From NCBI GenBank assembly GCA_963815905.1, contig CAWFIO010000005.1, positions 14,949 through 78,948 on the forward strand: DNA of 64,000 bases, in the 5' to 3' direction. Positions 19,502 to 27,795 of this stretch are shown here, piece by piece. This stretch comes from an uncultured Actinomycetota bacterium (lineage in GTDB: Bacteria; Actinomycetota; Actinomycetes; Propionibacteriales; Propionibacteriaceae). Each line of letters begins with the position of its first letter. Positions within the stretch are counted from its first letter, which is position 1. The notes beneath the pieces were generated by a model. It was not told the DNA's origin and ran no database searches. It worked only from the letters and a program-made list of their open reading frames with translations. A program made the position numbers and the translations under genes.

Positions 19502-21235
19502 TTACTGAGGGAAGTCAATCAGAATCGAGACGCCGTCACCGAGTTCGACGACGCTGCCCAGCTGGATCGGTTCGGCGCTACCCGGGGGCAGCGGTCGGCG
19601 CTGGTGGCCGGGAGCGACGACGACCGTGCCGTTGGTGGAGTTCAGGTCGGTGACCACGATCTGCCACCCGTCGGGCGCCACTTCAGCGTGAGTCCGGCTG
19701 ATGTCGCCACCGGGGCTCGGCACCGTCATCAGCCGCGGTTCGGGGGTCGACGCCCGCTCGCCGGACGGCGCGCGGCCGATCAGGACCGCACGGTCGAGAC
19801 CGACGCTGGTCCCGTCGGACGACCGCAGCACGGCCAGGACCGGGGGTGGGACGAGGCGCGGCTGCTGCGGCGGGATCGGCGTGCCGCAGACCCGGCACCG
19901 GTCGAGATCGGGTGGGCTGTGATGGCCGTAGGGGCAGGTGACGGCGAGGATCCCGGAGTCGCGACCCTGCTCCGGCGCACCGGGCCGCCCGGCTGGGCCG
20001 GCCGTCGGCATCATCAGCTGGGTGTCGCCGTTCTCGAGCTCGTCCAGCATGCTCGGCTGATCACGCTCGTCCAGCCGGGGCGGGGGTGGCGGGGTGTCGA
20101 GCTCATCTGGGGCGGCGAACGCAGCTGCCGGGGCGGCGGCCGGCGGGATGCCGAACGGGGCCGGAAGGGCGTAGGGACCACCCGGTCCGGCTGGGCCGGC
20201 CGGCGCGAACGGATCGGTGACGCCGGGATGCCCGAACGCGTCGTAGCCCCCGGACTCCACGGGCTGGTCGGACTCGTCGTAGCCCTGCGGGTCGTCCTCG
20301 TCCTCGGCCGTGGCCGTGGCTGCGAACGGATCGGGCTCGGCCAACGGGTCCGGCTGTGCGAACGAGTCCGGCTGTGCGAACGAGTCCGGCTGTGCGAACG
20401 AGTCGGCCGGCGCGTACCGGTCGGCCTCGGCGACCGGCTCCTCGTCGAAGCCGGTGTCGGCGAACGGATCGTCCATCAGCTCGGTCGACAGACCTTCCTT
20501 CTCCTCGGCCTGCTCCTCCGCTGCGGTTTCGTTCGACTCGGCATCCGGGCCCTCCGCTGGGGTCAGCTCGGGCTCGGGTTCGGGAGCGACGACCGCGGCG
20601 ATCGGCAGCACCGGGGGAAGGGCGGGCGGCGCGGAAGCGACTAACGGGGCCGCCGCTGCGCTCGAACCGCCGTCGACCCCGGACGGAGCGAAGCCGCGGG
20701 AAGCCGGCGCAGCCGAGACGAGCGACACGGGCACCTCCTGCGGCGAGGAGATCAGCGCCGCCTCGTCGGCATCGAGCTCGACCGCCCCGGCGCGTACGGC
20801 ACCGACGACCAACGGGAGCGTGAGCACCGGACCGGTGGACCGGTCCGCGAAACCGCCCGCCGGTGTGGTCAGCCGGACCCGGGACACGTGACCGTGCCCG
20901 GTCTCGCTCCACGTCTGGATGCCCTCGCCGCTGGCCAGCACCGCGCCGGAGTCCGGGTCGGTGACCGAAACCGCACCCCGGACCAGCGAACGCATGCCGT
21001 CGGTCGTCCAGAAGAAGGCGGCGAAACTCGGCATCCGATCGATCTGGAACGCGGCCAGCCGCGTGGCGAGTTCGGGCATCGAGGCGGAGTCGATAACGCT
21101 CTCCCAGAGTCCCTCGATGAAGGACGACGCGTCGTCGGGTGGCGGCTCCAGCACCACCAACGACGTGGGTCCGGCCAGTACCAGCCAGTCACCCGGGGTG
21201 TATCGGGCCCGCCAGTGGCCCACCGTCTCGGTCAT
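19502..21235 (-). CDS. FHA-domain protein with unassigned N-terminal domain, acidic linker and C/H Zn-ribbon motif
   Basis: Start MTETVGHW with RBS ggagg; CPYGH...CRVCG; FHA motifs GRAP, ISRTH, DLNSTNGT. Confidence 0.88.
   Translation of the reverse strand: MTETVGHWRARYTPGDWLVLAGPTSLVVLEPPPDDASSFIEGLWESVIDSASMPELATRLAAFQIDRMPSFAAFFWTTDGMRSLVRGAVSVTDPDSGAVLASGEGIQTWSETGHGHVSRVRLTTPAGGFADRSTGPVLTLPLVVGAVRAGAVELDADEAALISSPQEVPVSLVSAAPASRGFAPSGVDGGSSAAAAPLVASAPPALPPVLPIAAVVAPEPEPELTPAEGPDAESNETAAEEQAEEKEGLSTELMDDPFADTGFDEEPVAEADRYAPADSFAQPDSFAQPDSFAQPDPLAEPDPFAATATAEDEDDPQGYDESDQPVESGGYDAFGHPGVTDPFAPAGPAGPGGPYALPAPFGIPPAAAPAAAFAAPDELDTPPPPPRLDERDQPSMLDELENGDTQLMMPTAGPAGRPGAPEQGRDSGILAVTCPYGHHSPPDLDRCRVCGTPIPPQQPRLVPPPVLAVLRSSDGTSVGLDRAVLIGRAPSGERASTPEPRLMTVPSPGGDISRTHAEVAPDGWQIVVTDLNSTNGTVVVAPGHQRRPLPPGSAEPIQLGSVVELGDGVSILIDFPQ
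20345..20405 (-). repeat. 18-bp in-frame tandem repeat encoding QPDSFA units
   Basis: gaacgagtccggctgtgc repeated about 3 times inside the FHA gene linker. Confidence 0.85.
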
Positions 21236-21268
21236 CGCTACCTCCTGTGGGCTCATTATGATGCTGGT

Positions 21269-22378
21269 ATGCCGGTCGAGTCTTCCCGTCAGCCGACCGA
21301 CGCGCTCGAGGCCGGCGAATTCGCCGACGCCGTCGACCGCATTCTGCTGTCGGAGGCGGCCGCACCCGCCCCACCGCCCGGCCGCGTCGTGGTCGTCGAC
21401 GACGTCACCGGTGCACTCTCGGTCGAGTTGCGCCGGCGTCTGGGTCCGGACACCGACCTGGTTCGCTACCACGACTCCTTGATCGCCGAGCGAGAGGTCG
21501 ACGCCCGGCTTCGCGCACACGGGCTGGAGGTCGCCTCGATAGCACCCGACGACGCACCGTTCGCCGGCGCTCAGCTTGTCGTGTTGCGACTCCCGGTCAG
21601 CCTGGCCGCCCTCGAGGACCTGGCGTACGCGATCGCCGAGCAGGCCGCACCGACGGTCCGAATCCTGGCCGGCGCGCGGATCAAGCACCTGACCCGCAGC
21701 ATGAACGAGGTGCTCGGACGCCATTTCGAGCAGGTCGACGCGAGCCTGGGACGGCAGAACTCCCGCGTCCTCCGCGCCTCGACACCCCGCCCCGGCTCCC
21801 CACCCGAGGCGCCCGCCCGGACCGTGCTCGACGACGTGGGTCTGACCGTGTGCGCGTACGGCGGTGTCTTCGCCGGGGCACGCCTCGATCTCGGCACCCG
21901 TTTACTACTCAGCACCGCCGACGACTGGGCGAGCGGCTCGCGCAGGGTCGTCGATCTTGGCTGCGGCACCGGCCTGCTCGCCGCTGCCGCCGCCCGCCGA
22001 CTCCCCGAGGCGCAGGTGCTCGCCGTCGACGAGTCCTGGGCCGCGGTGCGGTCGACCCGGGCCACCGCTGACGCCAACCAGGTCGCCGACCGGGTTCGCG
22101 TCGACCGGGCCGACGGTCTCGCATCCGGCGGTGGTCTTGACCCCGACCTGGTGCTGTGCAACCCGCCGTTCCATCGTGGCGCGGCGAAGGACTCGACCGC
22201 CGCCTTCGCGATGATCAAAGATGCGGCCCGGACCATGCGTGCAGGGGGCGAGCTCTGGCTGGTCTACAACGCCCACCTGCCCTATCTCCCCAGTCTGCGC
22301 CGGATCGGGTCGACCAAGATCATGGCCCGCGACCGCAGCTACCTGGTCACCCGGACTGTGCGGGCCGCCAGGGCTTGA
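21269..22378 (+). CDS. Class I SAM-dependent methyltransferase, RlmG/RsmC (MTS)-like
   Basis: GVFAGARLDLGTRLLL, VDLGCGTG, LCNPPFH. Confidence 0.85.
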   Translation: MPVESSRQPTDALEAGEFADAVDRILLSEAAAPAPPPGRVVVVDDVTGALSVELRRRLGPDTDLVRYHDSLIAEREVDARLRAHGLEVASIAPDDAPFAGAQLVVLRLPVSLAALEDLAYAIAEQAAPTVRILAGARIKHLTRSMNEVLGRHFEQVDASLGRQNSRVLRASTPRPGSPPEAPARTVLDDVGLTVCAYGGVFAGARLDLGTRLLLSTADDWASGSRRVVDLGCGTGLLAAAAARRLPEAQVLAVDESWAAVRSTRATADANQVADRVRVDRADGLASGGGLDPDLVLCNPPFHRGAAKDSTAAFAMIKDAARTMRAGGELWLVYNAHLPYLPSLRRIGSTKIMARDRSYLVTRTVRAARA

Positions 22379-22916
22379 GCCAGTCGGTCTCGGGCCAGCC
22401 CTCGGCTCCAGCCATCAGCTCATACATCGTGGCCCCGTCGATGTGCTCACGGACGATGTCGGCGTGGCCCGCGTGGCGAGCCAATTCCTCGATGACGTGG
22501 ATCAGGATCCATCGCGCCGAGACGCCCTTCGGATCCTCGGTGAACCACGGCGCGGGCGGCAGAAGAAACCGCTGATCCAGATCGTGCAGTCCGCGGACCG
22601 CCTGCTCGGTCTCGGCGGCGACCCGGTCGAACTGCGCGATCAAGTCCGCAAGTGTGGCATCCCCGTAGGCGAAGCTGTCGGCGTACGCGTCCTCGCCGGC
22701 GCTCGGGCGACCCGTCATCGTGTCGGTCCACCCCTTCTCGGTGTGAGCGGCGTGCTTGATCAGACCGGCGATGCTCAGCGCGGACCTGGTCGGGGTGGAC
22801 CGGGCCTGCTCGTCGGTCAAGCCGAAGCCGGCGTTCTTCAGCCCCTCCCGCTGCTGGATCAGATAGAGCAGCAACTGCTCGCGTTCGTCATCAACCGATG
22901 CTGGCATTCCGGGCAC
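22347..22916 (-). CDS. DinB/DUF664-family protein
   Basis: LSIAGLIKHAA and HVIEELARHAGHADIVREHIDG; overlaps the convergent methyltransferase by 32 bp. Confidence 0.88.
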   Translation of the reverse strand: MPGMPASVDDEREQLLLYLIQQREGLKNAGFGLTDEQARSTPTRSALSIAGLIKHAAHTEKGWTDTMTGRPSAGEDAYADSFAYGDATLADLIAQFDRVAAETEQAVRGLHDLDQRFLLPPAPWFTEDPKGVSARWILIHVIEELARHAGHADIVREHIDGATMYELMAGAEGWPETDWLKPWRPAQSG

Positions 22917-22999
22917 GACGGCCTCCTCCGCTGGACGCTTCCAAGGCGATCACCTTGACACCCGCCACTGACAATTCCCCCGCTCCGACGCAGCGGAGC

Positions 23000-24082
23000 T
23001 CACACGACGGCCGCCCGGATCGACAGCACATCGGGCAGGTGCGCGGCGATCTGGCTCCAGTTGTCGCCGTCATCGGTGCTGACGAAGATCGAGCCGTCCC
23101 GCGCCCCGAGATAGAGGCCCATCTGATCGGCTCGGTCGCAGCTCATGGCATCACGCATGACCGCGGCGTAGAAGTCGTCGGGCAGCCCGGACTTCGAGGG
23201 CTGCCAGGTCCCGCCGGAGTCGTCGGAGCGCCAAACCCGGGCCTGCGCCTGTGGCGGAAGCCGTTCGCCATCGGCGACCAACGGGAACACGAACACCGTT
23301 TCGGGGCGATGCGGGTGGACGACGATCGGGAAGCCGAAGTCCGCAGGTAGACCATCGGCGATCGAGACCCACTGGTCCCCGCCGTCGTCGGAGCGGTAGA
23401 CCCCGTGATGGTTCTGGGCGAACAGCCGATCGGGCGCCGAGGGGTGAGCGGCGACCTTGTGGACGCATTGGCCGAACTCCGGCCACGGGTCGGGGAAGAA
23501 GTAGGCCTTGATCCCCCGGTTGGCCGGCGACCAGGTGTGACCCCGGTCGCGGGTCCGGTAGACGCCACCGGTCGACATGGCCACGGTCACCCGGGCCGGA
23601 TCGTCTGGATGCGGCACGATCGTGTGGATCGCCTGCCCGCCGTAGCCCGCACCCCACTGCTCACGGTGCGGGTGGTCCCACAGAGAGCGGATCAGGCTGA
23701 AGGTGACACCGCCGTCTTCGGAGCGGAACAGCGCCGACGGTTGCGTTCCGGCATAGAGGACGTCGGGTTCGTCCACCCGTCCGGGCTGGATCTGCCAGAC
23801 CCGTTCGACGCTGGCGCCGAAATCGGTCGGGAAGTTGACCGAAGCCCCCAGCGCCTCGGTCCAGGTCTCCCCCAGGTCGTCGGAGCGATAGACCCCAGGA
23901 CCGAAGTGTTCGCTGGTTCCCCCGGCGAAGAGCCGGGGCTGCGGTCCCCGGGTGTCGATGCAGGTGGCGTACACCCCCTGCATCAGCAGGTGTGGACCCG
24001 ACCAGGTCCAGTTCTGACGTCCGTCGTCACTTCGGCCGACCCACAGACCCTTCTTGGTCCCCGCAAGCAGCACCGCCGTCAT
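23000..24082 (-). CDS. BNR/Asp-box beta-propeller protein (sialidase-like / WD40-YVTN)
   Basis: Repeated Asp-boxes RSDDLGETW, RSEDGGVTF, RSDDGGDQW, STDDGDNW; RBS gaggag before MTAVLLAGT. Confidence 0.88.
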   Translation of the reverse strand: MTAVLLAGTKKGLWVGRSDDGRQNWTWSGPHLLMQGVYATCIDTRGPQPRLFAGGTSEHFGPGVYRSDDLGETWTEALGASVNFPTDFGASVERVWQIQPGRVDEPDVLYAGTQPSALFRSEDGGVTFSLIRSLWDHPHREQWGAGYGGQAIHTIVPHPDDPARVTVAMSTGGVYRTRDRGHTWSPANRGIKAYFFPDPWPEFGQCVHKVAAHPSAPDRLFAQNHHGVYRSDDGGDQWVSIADGLPADFGFPIVVHPHRPETVFVFPLVADGERLPPQAQARVWRSDDSGGTWQPSKSGLPDDFYAAVMRDAMSCDRADQMGLYLGARDGSIFVSTDDGDNWSQIAAHLPDVLSIRAAVV

Positions 24083-24192
24083 CGTGACCCTCCTCACATC
24101 GAGGTATCCAGGCTAGATCCTCAACATCCTTGACCGGCAAAGCGTTGGGAAGTCATCGCCGATATCGGCGACCGAGCGAAACGAGCACCGCT

Positions 24193-24378
24193 ATGCGCAG
24201 GGTCCTGAACTTCTTCGTGGCCATCTTCCACGGCATCGGCTGGGTCGTCGGGTTGATCCGCGACGGAGAGAGCGACGTCGCCGAGACCTACCCGGACCGT
24301 CCCGGGCCCACTGGGGAACAGTCCGCCACCCAGGGGTCGGTCACCATGAGCCTGACCGGTCTCGGGACGGGCATGTAG
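24193..24378 (+). CDS. Small hypothetical protein (61 aa) with hydrophobic N-terminus
   Basis: MRRVLNFFVAIFHGIGWVVGLI...; GC3-rich codon usage. Confidence 0.5.
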   Translation: MRRVLNFFVAIFHGIGWVVGLIRDGESDVAETYPDRPGPTGEQSATQGSVTMSLTGLGTGM

Positions 24379-24696
24379 CTCGGCCACCCCACCAGGGCCC
24401 AGGGCCCAGGGCCCTTTCCTTCTGCCATGCCCCTGCGGGACGACAACCGGCGGCCCGCCCGACAGCGCGGTGGGGACCGTCGGTGATCAGGACGGCGGAT
24501 ATCACTGGGCGTACGGGACGTTCTCCGTTCCCTCGCACGGTGGCGGTGTGCGTCGCCGAATAGGCGTTTCGGGCATTTGGCGAACCTGTGCCCTATTACG
24601 TAACGTTACGACCAGGTTGCCGGGGGGGATGCGCAACCATCCTTTTCTTTTACCGACTCATCGGGGGCGGTCGGGCCACACTCCAGGAGGAGTTTC

Positions 24697-26271
24697 GTGC
24701 CCCCCTCTCACCCCCGCACCCGCCCCAGAACCCGCTTTTCCGTCGCGATGATCGCTCTCGGCGTCGTGGCGCTGATCGGACTGCCGGCCGGCCCGGCCGC
24801 CGCACAGCCGACCAGGATCAAGAACGCCGGCGCCGCGCACGCGATCAAAGGCGCCTACATCGTCGTGTTCAAGGACGGCTCCGTGGCGAAGTCGCAGGTG
24901 CCGGCGGTCACCGACCGGTTGGCCGGCAAGCACCAGGCAACGGTTCATTTCCGGTATGCCGCGGCGCTCCGCGGATTCTCCGCGCGGATGTCCCCGACCC
25001 AGGCCGAGAAGCTGGCCGGTGATCCGTCGGTGGCCTACGTCGAGCAGGACCGGGAGGTGACCATCGCCGCCACGCAGTCGTCCACCCCGACCTGGGGTCT
25101 CGACCGGCTCGACCGCCGCGATCTGCCGCTCAACACGACCTACGCCTACCCCAACGGTGGGGCTGGGGTCACCGTGTACGTGATCGACACCGGGATCCGG
25201 ACCACCCACGGCGAGTTCGGTGGCCGTGCGGTCTGGGGCACCAACACCGTCGATTCGACCAACTCCGACTGCAACGGGCACGGCACCCACGTCGCCGGAA
25301 CGGTCGGCGGCAAGACCTATGGGGTCGCCAAGGCGGTCAAACTTGTGGCGGTGAAGGTCCTCGACTGCCAGGGCAGCGGGACGTTCTCCGCGGTCGCGGC
25401 CGGGGTCGACTGGGTCACCGCTCACCACACGTCCGGGCCCGCCGTGGCCAGCATGAGCCTGACCGGCGAGGGCTCGGACCCGGCCGCCGAGACCGCGGTC
25501 CGTCACTCGATCGCGGACGGCATCACCTACACGATCGCGTCGGGCAATTCCGGGGCCGACGCCTGCGACTACACCCCGGCCCGGGTGACCGAGGCGATCA
25601 CGGTCAATGCCACTACCCGCACGGATGCCCGAGCCGCCTACAGCAACTACGGGACCTGCACCGACATCTTCGCCCCGGGCGACGCGATCACCTCCACCTG
25701 GAACACCAGCAACACCGCGACCCGGTTGAGCAGCGGGACCTCGATGGCCACCCCGCATGTTGCCGGTGCGGCCGCGATCATCCTGGCGGCGAACCCTTCC
25801 TACACCCCGGGACAGGTCGCCCAGATACTGCTCAGCAACGGGAGCACGGGTCGGGTCAGCGACCCGGGGCCCGGCACTCCCGATCGACTGCTCTACGTCA
25901 ACCAGCTCAACCCTGCACTGCCCCCCGACTGCGCGGCCAGGAGCAACGGCACCGACCGTGCGATCCCCGACCCGGGCACCGTCTCGTCGAGCATCACCAT
26001 CACCGGCTGTGCGGGCCGCGCCTCGGCCACGGCCACGATCAAGGTCCTGATTAGGCATCCCTACCGCGGCGACCTCGTCGTCGCCCTGGTCAACCCCGCC
26101 GGGAAGATCTACACGCTGCACAACCGGACCGGCGACGGTAACGACGACCTCGATGCCGTCTACACCCGAGATCTGGCGACGGCCAACGCGAACGGCACCT
26201 GGTTGCTGAGGGTGACCGACGACGCCGCCCAGGACGCCGGGTCGATCGACTCCTGGACCCTCGACCTGTGA
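24697..26271 (+). CDS. Secreted S8 subtilisin-like serine protease with I9 propeptide and C-terminal proprotein-convertase P domain
   Basis: Catalytic triad VIDTG, GHGTHVAG, GTSMATPHVAG; P domain HPYRGDL...GTWLLRV; RBS aggagg. Confidence 0.95.
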   Translation: MPPSHPRTRPRTRFSVAMIALGVVALIGLPAGPAAAQPTRIKNAGAAHAIKGAYIVVFKDGSVAKSQVPAVTDRLAGKHQATVHFRYAAALRGFSARMSPTQAEKLAGDPSVAYVEQDREVTIAATQSSTPTWGLDRLDRRDLPLNTTYAYPNGGAGVTVYVIDTGIRTTHGEFGGRAVWGTNTVDSTNSDCNGHGTHVAGTVGGKTYGVAKAVKLVAVKVLDCQGSGTFSAVAAGVDWVTAHHTSGPAVASMSLTGEGSDPAAETAVRHSIADGITYTIASGNSGADACDYTPARVTEAITVNATTRTDARAAYSNYGTCTDIFAPGDAITSTWNTSNTATRLSSGTSMATPHVAGAAAIILAANPSYTPGQVAQILLSNGSTGRVSDPGPGTPDRLLYVNQLNPALPPDCAARSNGTDRAIPDPGTVSSSITITGCAGRASATATIKVLIRHPYRGDLVVALVNPAGKIYTLHNRTGDGNDDLDAVYTRDLATANANGTWLLRVTDDAAQDAGSIDSWTLDL

Positions 26272-26347
26272 GGCCGGCCACCGCAACCGTCTGACAGATT
26301 CGGGCCGGGCCGGTGAGGCGACCACGAAGCCAACCCGATCGCGACCT

Positions 26348-26857
26348 CTAACCCCCCGCCGGCGACGTCGCCCCTTCCCGAACGGAGCGGGCCGCCCGGG
26401 TCAGCCGATACTGACGGAAGCGGGTGCCCGCGTACGCGACCTCGCCGTCGGGGACGAAACCGAACTTCGCCACCACCCGCTCGGGCCGACGGCTGAACGG
26501 CAACGCGAGGATCACCGCCTCGAGCCCGAGCTCGTCGAAACCGCGATCGAGCGCCAGCCGGGTGATGGCGGCGCCGTGACCCCAGTACGCCGGACGCAGC
26601 ACCAGCGCGTAATCCGCCCCGTTTTCTTCGTGCTGGAACCCGGCCCAGCCGGCGAAGTCGCCGTCGACCAGCACCGCCCAGGGCCCGTAGCCGTACTCGA
26701 CCCACTGGAGGTCCTTGGCGGCCACCCACCTGGCCGTTGCCTCGGCGTCGAAGCGGCCGGCCAGCGGCATGTGGCGGGCGTTGCGGGGCTCGTTGAGCAG
26801 CATCTGGATCTCGTCGAGCGGAACCGCGGTGAGTCGGGTGAACGAAACGGCCGCCAT
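26348..26857 (-). CDS. GNAT (RimJ/RimL-type) N-acetyltransferase
   Basis: GYGPWAV, FAGWAG, YWGHGAA; TGATG-coupled to the upstream hydrolase. Confidence 0.8.
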   Translation of the reverse strand: MAAVSFTRLTAVPLDEIQMLLNEPRNARHMPLAGRFDAEATARWVAAKDLQWVEYGYGPWAVLVDGDFAGWAGFQHEENGADYALVLRPAYWGHGAAITRLALDRGFDELGLEAVILALPFSRRPERVVAKFGFVPDGEVAYAGTRFRQYRLTRAARSVREGATSPAGG

Positions 26858-27720
26858 CAGCCCAGCGTGGTCCGCACGGCTGCCGCGAAGGCGACCGGAT
26901 CACCCATGAACCCACCATGGTCGCCGGGAAACACGACCGGCGCGACGCCCAACTGAACGGCGAGGGCCTCGGCCGAGCGGCGGGCCACCTCGGGTCCGGA
27001 GGTCGCGCCCACGGCGACGATCACCCGGGTCGCGGCCGCGGCGAGCGCGGCGACATCAGGCTGATATCGGGCGAACGGCTCGAGCATCCGGAGGAAGAAG
27101 AGGTGATCGTCGGACAACTGCTTCTCGGTCGGCGGGGGCGGCTGAGCCTGGTCGGCCGCCGGCTCCATTCCCGGCGGCGGCCATTCGGCGCGGTCCGGAC
27201 CGGCTTCGCCGACCTCACCCTGATGCATCACCAGCGCGACGAACCGGCCCCACGCCGGGCCCGAGCCCGACTCGCGGTAGGTCTCGGCGATGTCGTCGAC
27301 GGTCGACCGGATGTGGGGTGCGTCGGGCAACAGCTCGGTGACCGGAGGCTCATGGGCGATCAGTGTCCGCACCTTGTCGGGATGCGCCGCGACCAGGGCC
27401 AGTCCGGCGACCGCGCCGCCGCTGCTGCCGAACAGATCGACCGGCCCGGCGCCCAGTGCGTCGATGATCCGCGCCAGGTCGTCGGCCTCGACCTCGGGAG
27501 TGATTGGTTGACTCAGGTCGTCGACCGTACTGGCTCCGACCCCGTGCGGATCGTAGGTCACCACCGTGTAGGTGTCGGCGAGCAAATCGGCGAGCGGCGC
27601 GAAGGGTCCGCTGGTCATCGGCTGCCCGACGATCAGCAGCACGGGCCCGCTCCCCCGGGTTTCGTAGTAGATGGTCCCGCCGGGAACCTCCAGGTGGTGT
27701 GAAGTGGTGGAAACGGTCAT
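26857..27720 (-). CDS. Alpha/beta-fold hydrolase
   Basis: GSGPVLLI, TYDPHG, nucleophile elbow GSSGG, AHEPP, FPGDHGGF. Confidence 0.88.
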   Translation of the reverse strand: MTVSTTSHHLEVPGGTIYYETRGSGPVLLIVGQPMTSGPFAPLADLLADTYTVVTYDPHGVGASTVDDLSQPITPEVEADDLARIIDALGAGPVDLFGSSGGAVAGLALVAAHPDKVRTLIAHEPPVTELLPDAPHIRSTVDDIAETYRESGSGPAWGRFVALVMHQGEVGEAGPDRAEWPPPGMEPAADQAQPPPPTEKQLSDDHLFFLRMLEPFARYQPDVAALAAAATRVIVAVGATSGPEVARRSAEALAVQLGVAPVVFPGDHGGFMGDPVAFAAAVRTTLG

Positions 27721-27795
27721 GGTCGAACTCTCCTTCGGTCGGCAAATCTGCTGGGTAGACCGTGCGGACCGGCCCGAGTCATCGCGTCAACCGCC

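Noticed and set aside
24392-24414. Short tandem repeats (ccagggc x3 here; ggctcc x3 near 47701; ggcgactcg x2 near 4753)
   Set aside because: Short GC-rich microsatellites outside CDSs or known promoter elements; no sign of phase variation.
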